Positions 21,901-31,344 of a DNA stretch of 64,000 nt are shown piece by piece. The stretch comes from Rhynchopus sp. YZ270_cl-10. Its lineage: Eukaryota. Where the stretch lies: NCBI GenBank assembly GCA_964035575.1, contig OZ037833.1, positions 1,612,001 through 1,676,000 on the forward strand, given 5' to 3'. How positions within the stretch are numbered: the first letter of the stretch is position 1; the number at the start of each line of letters is the position of its first letter. The translations under genes were made by a program, and so were the position numbers. A model generated the notes under the pieces. It was given only the letters and a program-made list of their open reading frames with translations, made no database searches and had not been told where the DNA came from.

Positions 21901-23610
21901 ACTGTTCAGCACACTGTTCCGTGCAATCTCCGTCATATCAACCGGGCCAAGCTTGAAGATCTTCGACGCAGTGCCATACTCCTCAATGCACGGATGTGTC
22001 GAGTGGTGGTAGTGCAGCGGGTCCTCTGTCCCGAGCGACACCCGCATGCCACGCTTCTGATACTTCGGGAAAGGGTTGTCCAGGTACTCAGGGTTGCCGA
22101 GGCCATTCGAGGCGAGCGGCGACAGCACGATCCCTGCCTGCGAGAGGTAGAACAGGTACTGCAGCACTGTCGAGCGCTCCATGGTGATGCCGTGGTTGAT
22201 CGACTGTGCGAGCATGAAGCCCATGACGACTTGGTTCACGTAGCCGGCCTCACCGCAGTTGGGGCGGAAGGTGAAGGTATTGAGGCCGTTCCGCCTGCGC
22301 ACGTGGTTGATCTTGACGATGTTCGCCCACACGTAGTAGTTGAAGTAGAGGTCGGGTGGGTTCTCTGCCCACGGCCAGTCTGCAGGGGGGCGGTGCTGCG
22401 GCAGGGTCTGCCCTCGCGTCGACTCGTCTGAGATGACGTTCAGTGCACCAACCTCCGTAAGCAGTGTTGCAAGCTCCTTGTTCTCGGGGTCGTCTGGGTT
22501 GATGGTTGCCTCCCACATCGGGAGGAAGATGTTGTCCAGCTGGTCCTGGTTCGTCGCAACGCTGAACGTGCAGCGCAGCGCAGCTATCCGCGGGATTTGG
22601 ATGATCCACTTGTTCCGCTTGAAGTGCCCGACCCCTTCGTTCACCCACTTTGCGAGCGCAGTCCATTCCGAACGCGAGGTGCCGAATATTGGCAATTTGT
22701 ACTCCGTTGCCACCCTACGCGTTTCAAACTCCTTCTCCGTACGCTCCAGGACGGGGCGCACGAGGTTGTGATACAACGGCCCGTCACGCTTGAGGAAGAG
22801 CTTGAGGAGCTCTGCAGAGCGCTCGCCTCCACGGTTGAAGTCTTTGGAGAAGATGTCGAAGCGGTGGAAGCGCTTTTGCACGGGTGGGTGCAGGCCGATG
22901 CCTTCCACGGTGAGCGCGCGTGGGTTGTCGATGCCGTACTTGGTGAAGACATCGCGGAGGGTGACGGGCTTGCCGTTGCTCTGCCCCACAACAGTGTGCG
23001 GCTCTGTTTCGAAGGCGTTGATCATGTAGTCGAGAAGGTTGTGTGAGTGCATCGCTGTCGAGAGACGCACGGAGTTGTCGATCTTGACGCAGCCGCTGAA
23101 GATGCCCCCACCCTTCCGCAGGGAGCACTGGTTCTCCTCGAGGTCGCTGTTCAGTGCAATGTAGATGGCGTACTTCTCATCAATGATCTTCAGGCGGTCA
23201 CGACACACAGACTTCGTTGGCCCGCACTCCACCGCCTTGCACACCATGTCAAAGTCCGCCACATACATCGAGTACGGAATCTCCTGAAGCATTTCCCCTT
23301 CAAAGTGCACCACGCCATCGACCATCCCGTACGACGTCCCTGGCTGCACAAACCGCCCCTCGCTCGCCTGGTTCGTACACGACACCTGGTCCTGGTATTT
23401 GGTGCGGATGTCAAGCGCAATGGTCAGCTGTTCTGCCGCCTTCTTCGACTCTGCCTTCTTGATCAGGTCGCGCACGGTGACGCCATCCTGCGAGATCTCT
23501 GTCTTGTGGTAGTGGACACATTTCTTCTTCAGCACCCTCTGCTTTACCCGCTGGTCCCTCTGCCCCGACTTTACCCTCGGTACCTTCGGTGGAGGGCTCA
23601 CTTCAGGCAT
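18985..23610 (-). CDS. AMPD: AMP deaminase with two tandem AMPD domains (first degenerate, second intact), 1541 aa
   Basis: Domain 2 has KVDTHIHAAAGM, FRPHCGESG and SLSTDDPLQF. Domain 1 has KIDNSVRLSTAM, FRPNCGEAG and SLGTEDPLHY. Confidence 0.96.
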   Translation of the reverse strand: MPEVSPPPKVPRVKSGQRDQRVKQRVLKKKCVHYHKTEISQDGVTVRDLIKKAESKKAAEQLTIALDIRTKYQDQVSCTNQASEGRFVQPGTSYGMVDGVVHFEGEMLQEIPYSMYVADFDMVCKAVECGPTKSVCRDRLKIIDEKYAIYIALNSDLEENQCSLRKGGGIFSGCVKIDNSVRLSTAMHSHNLLDYMINAFETEPHTVVGQSNGKPVTLRDVFTKYGIDNPRALTVEGIGLHPPVQKRFHRFDIFSKDFNRGGERSAELLKLFLKRDGPLYHNLVRPVLERTEKEFETRRVATEYKLPIFGTSRSEWTALAKWVNEGVGHFKRNKWIIQIPRIAALRCTFSVATNQDQLDNIFLPMWEATINPDDPENKELATLLTEVGALNVISDESTRGQTLPQHRPPADWPWAENPPDLYFNYYVWANIVKINHVRRRNGLNTFTFRPNCGEAGYVNQVVMGFMLAQSINHGITMERSTVLQYLFYLSQAGIVLSPLASNGLGNPEYLDNPFPKYQKRGMRVSLGTEDPLHYHHSTHPCIEEYGTASKIFKLGPVDMTEIARNSVLNSGFSHELKQDWLGVDYNIEKQAEGNDASRSYVPDVRLHYRSDTLAHERAVLKEFLFGEQQCPPPESRKPSATLSRHPSQRSMSVTSQVGSKSSFESTIVFPRVDIIAPLREVADEDALKAHSNAATMLADATALRLKYIDLRPELDSFLDLSHSKDSKENEFKVAHDWEFIPKQGVYMYKKKAEKTDVFEPQDMRSLETYWRDFNTVHDVVENIYVKGLCHRRLQVLEHKFALHMALNMQLENQTEEGGQSRDFYQAAKVDTHIHAAAGMTARQLLEFILKKAVSGLDDIVKVDENKNPVTLKQLLSGMGICAENLTVHTLNVQADATLFERFDNFNNKYNPMGNPDLRNLLLKTDNYMGGRYFAEIAKMTFAQFARDEYTYAEMRLSIYGRSIGEWAKLATWFDTHGMANLHNTWMVQIPRIYSVFRQHSTVSSFQQLLTNVFEPLWKVSINPASDAKLHHFLKHMSGFDSVDNESQPDLAFPHTTYPTEWTSHDNPPYGYWMYFMWANIRSLNTFRKSRGLSTFQFRPHCGESGSPDHLIHAHLTADQINHGVNLRRDPALEYLYYLSQMGIAVSPLSNNSLFLDILKNPFPLFFRRGLNVSLSTDDPLQFHYTQEPLIEEYSIASKVWKFNANDMCEIARNSVIQCGFPVNVKSNLVGHDYLLSSSAGNDPIKTHLSNIRVAYRFEAYHAEIESMEEAAGRPIFEGLRAKYTLDQELDIIREKAQRRKTSLKTYEDLLTHDTMGIDDTDLARAYLEKLVLENEELKDRVFSLEQEKEKEKEKEMEKGKESPKPSARNAALVPKPLGFIANQQENDPLPAIPAQQYPVDRPRAVVKSPTAESSAPFDKSESMSLSYKGLRDSVRESEMLRDITPHVMPHPPVLQWGAPVAEQWVESPPKAASRPMLPRPHTGQMVSRRINEDNSYASTFSNPRKAGGGPPLGHPSGASTARSLPQQGMYQGGKVPPPPPR

Positions 23611-24668
23611 GTTGGGACGTTGCCTGACTGAGGGGTGGTGGTGTGGTGTGTTTCATAAACAGATTTAGAGTAACGCCTGAACGGAGTATAGCCCACTTCT
23701 GGTGTGGTGTGATTGGGAGGAGAGGTCCCCTTTGTCAATTTCATATACTTTCCATTCAAAGAAGAGAAAGAATCCCTATGGTCGGCACCAGTTGTCGTAG
23801 AGAAAGTGAAGTTTTATAAGATGATCCTAAGCCTCTCGTGATTAGTCACCTTAAAAGAAAACCTGAGCAGACGTTGTGGTTGGAAAATCCAAAAAAGGGG
23901 GAATCTTGGAGTACCGAGAAGTCTCAAGTTGTAGTAAAAAGGGGGAAGTGGGAATGAGGAAAAAGGAGGGAGGTAAGTCTTTTTGTGTGGTGATCTGAGG
24001 CAATAAACAGGGGGATAACTACTCCCAAAAGACAAAAAGGCTTGATGAAAAAAAATGGGTGGATTAAAAAAAAAAAATGAACCACCACAAAAATGCCAGA
24101 CACCTGCAACAAGGGGGTGTGTGATATAAGGGAAATCTTGACTTTGTTTCCCCAGGACAACAAAAGGCGGGAGAATATTTTTTTTTTTTGAAAAAAAAAT
24201 CCTCCCTCCCCTGCACCAGAAAATGGAATGCAACATCCATCCCACCCCCTTTCCCCCCTCTACCCTATATCACTGTGATGTTTGAAAAAAAAAACTGATG
24301 CATTTTTTTGTGCACTTTTTATTGACAAAAAAATTTAAACGAAAACCATAAGGGCGTTATTCTAATAGGCATTTAACCCTCCTTTTCCCAGCCAATTTTT
24401 TTTCCTTCAAAAGCAGGAAAAATGATGCGGTGTGTAGTCTCGCTATTCGACCTTTTCATTAGATTCGTCCCGTAAAGTGCTGTCAATCCCGAGAATGACA
24501 TTTTTTAACTACTTTCCTTACACACACGCCCCCTCAAAAAAGGATGAGGGGGAGTCCTGATTCCGCGTTGATAGAGGTTAGTTTTGCTCCCTCTCCTTTC
24601 GTACGTAATGTGGGTTGACTCGGGGGGAGTTGGGGTATGTGTGGGTGTGGCATGGGGAGGCAAAGCTT

Positions 24669-26126
24669 CTACTCCTCGGAGTCTTCGTCCTCGACACCGC
24701 TGAGGTCGCTGAGCACGTCACCCTCCTGTGTTGATGTTGATGTAGATGGAGATGTGTTTTTTTTTAATGCCATTTTTCACTCTTTTATGGTATATTTTTT
24801 TACCAGAAAGTGGGCTCAGTCAACAGATTTTTTTTTGAGTCGCGAAACTATTCCGAACTAAGAAATACACACCTCATCATCGCTCTCCGCAGCCCCTTCA
24901 ACGCGCCCGTCCTCCTGCTCCATCTCAGAGTTCTCATCGTCGTCCTCCGCGGCCTTGCCCTTCCAGGTCGACTTCGGCTCCTCCGGGAGGTCGGGCAGCT
25001 CGAGGCGGATTCTCTTGGGGAATTGGTACTTGGTGGCAGCCTTCTTAGAGGTCTCGGCGTAGTTGTGTGCGTAGAGGGGGAGGGCAGGGGTGTCGCTGTG
25101 GTGTGGTGTATGGTGTATGGTGCAGTGTTGAAAGCCTATGTGGGTAGCTAAGAAACATTGATAAGGAGAGGGGCTTAAGTCACAGCAGACCCCATGGGGG
25201 AAGGTTGTGGTTGTCGAAGAAATGTGTAGGTGATGAACCTAACTGTGCAGTCTTGATGTCGCATCGGCGACAGTGTTGGAGAAGGATAAAGAGGCTGCTT
25301 TTTGCGTGTCAGAGGTGTGTCATACATTCCCTTCAGCGAGATCGACTGCACGTCTCTCCAGTCGCTCGGGAGACGCGAGGACACAATCTGGTCCAGCGCT
25401 GCGAAGGCGTTTTCCGCTATTTCCTCTGCCGAGAAGTCTGTCGTGGCGATCATGACGCTGACTGTTTATTTTTTTTTTTGGTGCTGTTGTTGTCATTATT
25501 TCAAAATACATACAGCAGGAGTTGTCCTGGATCGAGTAGTGTGTGCAGTTGAGCGCCTTCTCAAGCGACTTGGGCGCCTTGGCCATGTCGACGTGGAGGG
25601 GCTCTTTGTTTCTGGCGAAGAAGGTCTCCCCGAGGAGCTTCGGGAGGAAGGGCACGACAGCCTGGTCGCAGAGGAAGGCGTTGAAACCTGTAGCAAGGCG
25701 GCGCTTGGCCTCGAAGCTCTTGTACTTCTTCCTGAGCTTGTTCATGTCGATGACCTTCTTGATGTTGCTCAGGGACTCCTCCGGGCGCACGACCTCCTTC
25801 CACTTGCTCTGCGGTGCTGTCGTGATGAGGCACACCTCCTGGTCGTCGCGTGTGTACAGCGGGTGCGGCAGTGTCGCTCTGTGTTTCAATTTCGACTGCC
25901 TTCCTGGGAGCGACTGCATAAGCTGGATCGACACCAGCACCCGGCTCGCCTCTGTCAGCAGCACGTTCTTGTTCGACGTCTCGTCTTTTTCTTTAATGTA
26001 TTTCAACAGCGCCGTTGCCGCACTCAGCATCTGCTCCTTCCCGATCCTGTGCCCACAGGAGTCAAGGCTTGCCTCCTTCTCATCTCTCTTCCTCTTGATA
26101 GTCTTCCTTGCTAACAAGTCGGACAT
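24669..26126 (-). CDS. RSL1D1: Ribosomal L1 domain-containing protein (RSL1D1/Cic1/Utp30 family); introns 25462-25513, 25096-25325, 24726-24872
   Basis: Motifs LPHPLY, VCLIT, KKVIDMNKLRKKYKSFEAKRRL and LPKLLGETFF. The spliced product continues ...SISLKGIDTPALPLY... to an acidic tail. All three GT-AG introns keep frame. Confidence 0.9.
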
Positions 26127-26685
26127 TGTAATGTCTTTGTTGCGAAGTCGTGTGGCAACAAATGTGTATCTCTAGAAAGGTGTTAGGGGGAAGGGGAGGG
26201 GGAGTGAGACAGTGACTGAAAATCAAAATGAGAATTATATAAGTGGGGGCTGTTCTGTACTATCTAATAAAGAGGGTAGAAAGTTGCAATGCAACCTTGG
26301 AAAGAGAACAACACACACATGGCCTCTTTGCGTCCTCAAACAACGTTTTTTTTTTTCTTCGAGGAACTAAAAGAGAAGATGTTATAACGCAAACGCCTCA
26401 CTGGACGCCTGCGTACACAGGCACTAACATTAAGGACCTGCACATAAGAAGGGGAGGGTTCACGTTGCGGCACAAAAGCAGAGACGCTTCACTTAACGAA
26501 GTGATTACACTTCAAAAAAGGGATAGTTATCGATGCAGCTCTTTAAACCCCATTGGAGCGAGAAGAGACAACGCTCAGAGACTAACCAATTTCAGGGGAG
26601 TTTCCACAGGTGGAGTACAAACTCAGGCGGGTTTTTTTGAGGGGTTTTTAAGGGCTAGATGGGCTTGTGTGCTCCGATAGGGTTG

Positions 26686-28605
26686 TTAGGCTGAGGAGGC
26701 GTCTCTGTTGAGCATGTTGACGGTGTGCGAGCCGAACACGGTGTAGCCATCAAGAAACCACGGGCCCTCATGGCCCATGGGAAACACCTGCGACGCCTTG
26801 ACGTAGTCCTCCTTCTTGCCGTCCGCATCGTCGCGTTCGCCCAGTACCTCGATGGTGAAGTCTGCGGCTCCCTTCGAGGGGATGTACAGAATCTGCTCGT
26901 AGCTTGGTGGTGCCGTGCGCGACATGCGGCGTTTGACGGATTCGAACCAGCTGCTGTCCTCCTTGTCCTCGGTGTCAGTCTTGCGGGTGAGGATGCACTG
27001 CTGTGCACGAGCCTTCTCAAGTGCAGCAAACTCGTTGTACTCCTGTGGTAACACACCAAGGATCTTTGCAGACGCGTCAGGGGAAGTGCCCTGCGCAAAG
27101 ACGCGTTTGGCAATGCTGCATATCGGCCGTCCCTCAAGGTCGCGCACCTCTGCAGGCGCAAAGCCTCTGCCTGTCGTCCTGCTCTGGCCGCCAACAGTGG
27201 CGCGCACCTTGTGCGGGCCCTCGCCGTCCAAAGCACTGCCGCTGAGACGCTCGATGTTCATCGCAGTGATCATGTCGTTGTGCACACCTGCACAGCCACG
27301 TCCATTGCGCCACTGGTCGCGTTTCTTTGTGTGCTCCTCTGTACGCTCGCAGGTCACAGGCTCATGGGTGGTCATGAAGTCCGCAAGAGTCGTAGTGTCC
27401 GCAGGCACAGCAGGGAACCACTCTGTACTGATGTGCACCTCAGCACCCAGCTCTGCGTGCCGCTCGGACAGCATCGGCAGGACGTGCGTGCCCTTCTGTT
27501 TGATGTCGTGGAACGGCACTGCACACTGCCCGAGCACGTTGTCTGAGGTCATTTTCTTTTGGTCAAACACTTTGAGCATGAGCTTCTGCATTGGGTGGTA
27601 CACCATGAACTCTTGCACATGCACACCGTCGTCCCATTTGGGGTTCGTCGTCTTGTGCTGTGTGTCCGTGAACCACTGCGCAGCACCCACCTGCAGTCGC
27701 ACATAAGGGTTGCACAGCCACCTTGACCCTGGGAGGTAGTCCACCTGCTGGACCTCTACCCTCAGCACACCGAGGGGAGGACGGTAGCGCAGGGTCGCCC
27801 AGTCTGTGTGGGGGCCCGTCACTGTGGGGATTTGCACGGAGACGTTGTTGGGTGCGACGAAGACGTTCGAGATTGCGTCGTCGACGGCATGCTTGACGAG
27901 CTTGTAGAGGTTGGGCACGTTGTCCAGGAAGAGCCCCTTTGCAGCAAGATTCAGTGTTATCTCTGGCTGGTCTAGACAACACATTTCTAGCCCTCCTACT
28001 GGGTTCACCCCTGGAACGATAGGGCGGAAGGCCAGCAACACCTCGCCGTCTATTGTCAAATCCGCAATCGCTATCGTGGCAACACCCATTTCAAAGTCCA
28101 CTGCGAGGCCCCCGGTGTAGTGCACCTTCACAAAGAGCTCCACATCGTCTTCCTCGGTCAGATGCGTAGTGACCGGCCCCAGGTCGGGCACCTCCTTGCC
28201 GATGGTCAGCTTCGTAAACTTGAGCTTGTTGCCAAAGAAGGGGATGGACTGCTGGATCTGCGGCTCAACGCTTCGGATGATGAGATCCTTCAACCCTTCA
28301 TCGAGGTACGGCCACATGGGGGTGATCGACTTCGTGAGCCACTCAACGGATTGACCTTTTGTCAGCACGTTGAGATCGCCCTCATTCAGGTTGTCCTCAA
28401 GGAAAGGGTCCTTGAAGCCCTCTGCTGCAGGCAGCGGCACTACAAGGCCTCCACGGCGTCTTGCACGCGACTCCTCTTTTGTATCAAGGTACACACCACC
28501 TGCCGTGGCAGCACCCCCGATGACCCACACAACACCACGCTGTGCAACCATCCCCAACGCCTTGAACCCCATATAGTCATGGAGAAATGTGAAAAAGCGG
28601 GACAT
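26686..28605 (-). CDS. Synaptotagmin-like / extended synaptotagmin (SMP + C2 domain) lipid-transfer protein
   Basis: N-terminal hydrophobic segment; SMP motifs SVEWLTKSITPMWPYL and LKFTKLTIGKEVP; C2 motifs GVLRVEV..., NPYVRLQVG, TTNPKWD and LKVFDQ. Confidence 0.9.
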   Translation of the reverse strand: MSRFFTFLHDYMGFKALGMVAQRGVVWVIGGAATAGGVYLDTKEESRARRRGGLVVPLPAAEGFKDPFLEDNLNEGDLNVLTKGQSVEWLTKSITPMWPYLDEGLKDLIIRSVEPQIQQSIPFFGNKLKFTKLTIGKEVPDLGPVTTHLTEEDDVELFVKVHYTGGLAVDFEMGVATIAIADLTIDGEVLLAFRPIVPGVNPVGGLEMCCLDQPEITLNLAAKGLFLDNVPNLYKLVKHAVDDAISNVFVAPNNVSVQIPTVTGPHTDWATLRYRPPLGVLRVEVQQVDYLPGSRWLCNPYVRLQVGAAQWFTDTQHKTTNPKWDDGVHVQEFMVYHPMQKLMLKVFDQKKMTSDNVLGQCAVPFHDIKQKGTHVLPMLSERHAELGAEVHISTEWFPAVPADTTTLADFMTTHEPVTCERTEEHTKKRDQWRNGRGCAGVHNDMITAMNIERLSGSALDGEGPHKVRATVGGQSRTTGRGFAPAEVRDLEGRPICSIAKRVFAQGTSPDASAKILGVLPQEYNEFAALEKARAQQCILTRKTDTEDKEDSSWFESVKRRMSRTAPPSYEQILYIPSKGAADFTIEVLGERDDADGKKEDYVKASQVFPMGHEGPWFLDGYTVFGSHTVNMLNRDASSA

Positions 28606-29249
28606 CGTTGTTTTGTTTGTCTGAGAGGTGTTAAGAAGAGGTGTGAAGGGATGTTTGAGGAATAAATGGTAGGTAGTGGTGCAAGCACTCATAACTGTAC
28701 AATGTCAGACCTCGAGGACAGCAGGCATAAATGGAGTAAAATCATGCATCAAAAAATGCTCCAGTGAATGAAAAGGTTTGTTTGGGTATTGTAAGACGCT
28801 CCTAAGGCTTTGTGCTTAGTCATCTAGGAAGTTGAGAAGATCGTGTATGTGGAAAATGTGGGAGGAAAGGTGTGTCTTTTATTGTCTAAAAATCCGTCGC
28901 TGAGCGATTTTTTGAAGCGGGATGGGGAAGGGGACTAGAAGAAATGGGTGGAATTCTAAATACGGAACGTTCGGGGTTTATTGCTTAAAGTGGTGTTAAA
29001 GGGGAAAGGGACGGAATGGGTAGGGGACGCGTGTTCACATTTTGGCACAACACACGTTGGGCGCTTCTTTAGCGAATATCCCCCTGCTTTGGTTTGCACT
29101 ATCTATGAAGGTGTTTTTTGTTTCTCTTTTTTTCTGGAAAACTACATCGAGGAAAAAGCACACACGGTGCAAATACTGGAACTTTTTTTGACATTTTAAC
29201 TACGCGCAGTCCACCCCCTCTACTTACTTTGTCTACTCTACAAACAGAA

Positions 29250-30821
29250 TCACGACTCGTCGTTGGACCTCTCCGTGTCACCTCTATCCTCCCTTTCACT
29301 ACGCGAGCCGTTCCGCGTGCGGTCCTTCTTGCGTGCAGTGCGGCTGCTTCTCTCTCTGTCGCCTCTCTCCTCTGCCATGGCTTTTTGTGTATGCTTGGCA
29401 CGCGACTTCGCCTCACTGTAGTGGTCGTGGAAGGCACGCGCACTTTCTGCCACCTCCCAGTCGAGCTCTCTGCTGGGGGAACGTGAGGCGGAGCGTGTGC
29501 GGTGGTCGTCTCTTCTGGGCCGGTCGTCTTTGTAGCTCCTTGAGTGTGCATGACCGTGTGTATGGTGAATGTGGGTGTGCGAGTGGTCCTTGTCGACAAG
29601 GTCGTGCATGAACGTCTTCTCTGCCTGCTGACTCAGCAGCTCTGTCATCACTGCGGCGTGACGCTCATTGGAGTTCTGCGAGCGTGTGACACGTGATGAA
29701 AGCTCCACAACCTCATCCCGCGCAAGGCGAGAGTCCTGCAGCGCTGTCTCCGTGCGCTTCCGCAGGCGCTGCAGACACCGCATGGCCCACTCCTTCACAC
29801 CCATCACCTCAGTTGTGATCGCCGCACGGCTTGCGTCCGTCATCTCGATGAGCTGCTGGATGGCAGTGGAGGTGTCGCCTGCACGCTTCGTCTGCTTCTG
29901 CAGGTGTCCCTTGAAGACAGTCACATGCTCCCCAAAGTCTGCCTTGAGTCTGTCCAGCTCCACCATACGTTGGTCCAGCCCCTCTAGACGAGTGTCGATG
30001 TTGCCCACAGAGCCTGTGCGCAGCAACGTCGCCTGCTCTGCAAGCTGCATGTCCAGCTTCCTGCAGTGCTGCTGCAGGCTCATGACGTTCGACACGACAG
30101 AGGACTGGAACGTCTCGAAGTCGTCACGCTCCTCCTCGCTCCGCACACGCTTCTTCACGCTCTCCGCATCCGTCACCGCCGCAACCTGCGCGTCGCAGTA
30201 CTGCCGCACCGACTTGACCTCCTCCTTCACGAAGTCCTTCAGCATTGTCATGTCGCTGTGCAGGTCTGTCATTCCTTTTGAGAGCTGCGTGGCCGTCTTT
30301 TTGAGTTCGGCGCGGGAGTCTTGTGTAGCAACAGAGAGACGGTGCTCGAAGTCTGCACGCATGTCGTCCATCTGTTCGGTGAGGGTGCGGTGGAGGGTGT
30401 CGACCTTGGCCGCGGTGGAGGTCTCGGTTTGGTGCTGCGAGCTCTTTTGGAGGAGAGTCTTGTCGCGGTCTGCCTCGCGTGTTGCGTGCATGCGGTCGAC
30501 CTCGCCGATGAGCTTTTTGATGACTTCCTCCTGGCGCCGACTTCGTGCCTGCAGTTCGAGGATCACCTCCCCACTCTCCTCAGTACTCTGCTCCGCCACC
30601 TGCTGCGTCAGCTGTGCTAGCCGCGAGCTCGCCTCAGTCCTCGTCTCACACTCCCCCACCCGATTCACCAGACGGTCGATCACACTCTGGCACCCTTGCA
30701 GCCGATCCTCCATGTAGTGCAGACGCTCCACCTGGCCGTCCACCATATTCCGCTGCTGCACTTGGGGCTGCGCCTGCCGTTCATCACCCCGTCTCCACTT
30801 ATCATAATATCCCGAAGACAT
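29250..30821 (-). CDS. Coiled-coil protein with R/S/H-rich tail (523 aa)
   Basis: Long ORF with heptad-rich composition. Confidence 0.8.
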   Translation of the reverse strand: MSSGYYDKWRRGDERQAQPQVQQRNMVDGQVERLHYMEDRLQGCQSVIDRLVNRVGECETRTEASSRLAQLTQQVAEQSTEESGEVILELQARSRRQEEVIKKLIGEVDRMHATREADRDKTLLQKSSQHQTETSTAAKVDTLHRTLTEQMDDMRADFEHRLSVATQDSRAELKKTATQLSKGMTDLHSDMTMLKDFVKEEVKSVRQYCDAQVAAVTDAESVKKRVRSEEERDDFETFQSSVVSNVMSLQQHCRKLDMQLAEQATLLRTGSVGNIDTRLEGLDQRMVELDRLKADFGEHVTVFKGHLQKQTKRAGDTSTAIQQLIEMTDASRAAITTEVMGVKEWAMRCLQRLRKRTETALQDSRLARDEVVELSSRVTRSQNSNERHAAVMTELLSQQAEKTFMHDLVDKDHSHTHIHHTHGHAHSRSYKDDRPRRDDHRTRSASRSPSRELDWEVAESARAFHDHYSEAKSRAKHTQKAMAEERGDRERSSRTARKKDRTRNGSRSEREDRGDTERSNDES

Positions 30822-31344
30822 CCTGGAGTATGTGGTAGGAATGAGGAGAGCAGAGCAGAGAGAGAAAAAGACAAAGACGATATTTCTAATGCGTTCTCTA
30901 TTTGTACGAAGGTGGGGTGCATGGGGAATACTCGGGAGAATGGTGTACTAGGCTTTAGGCCTTGGGAGGAGAGCATGTTGGTGTTTGGTACAAAAAAAAA
31001 AAAAGTGAAGTACAAACGCCTCTGGGACGCAGGCACTGCCACTATCTTAAAAAAAAAATTGTAAGATGCATGTGCCTCTCGTGCACGTACATCTTATCGA
31101 AAACATAGGTCATGAAAACATCTTTGAAAGAGGGCCGTTTGGTGAGAATAGCCTGAGCCTCTCATCACCAAAAGAAACACCTAAAAAAAGACTTGAAAGT
31201 GATGCGCCTGTATGCCTATGGGGTTTAACAAAAAGGCCAACATGGTGGAGGTGTTGTGTTCGAGGGGGCGAAAAGAATCTAGACAAAAAGAAAGGCAAAA
31301 AAAAAGGGGGTTCTAATGGTGGGGATCACTGAGGGGGTGTGGTC

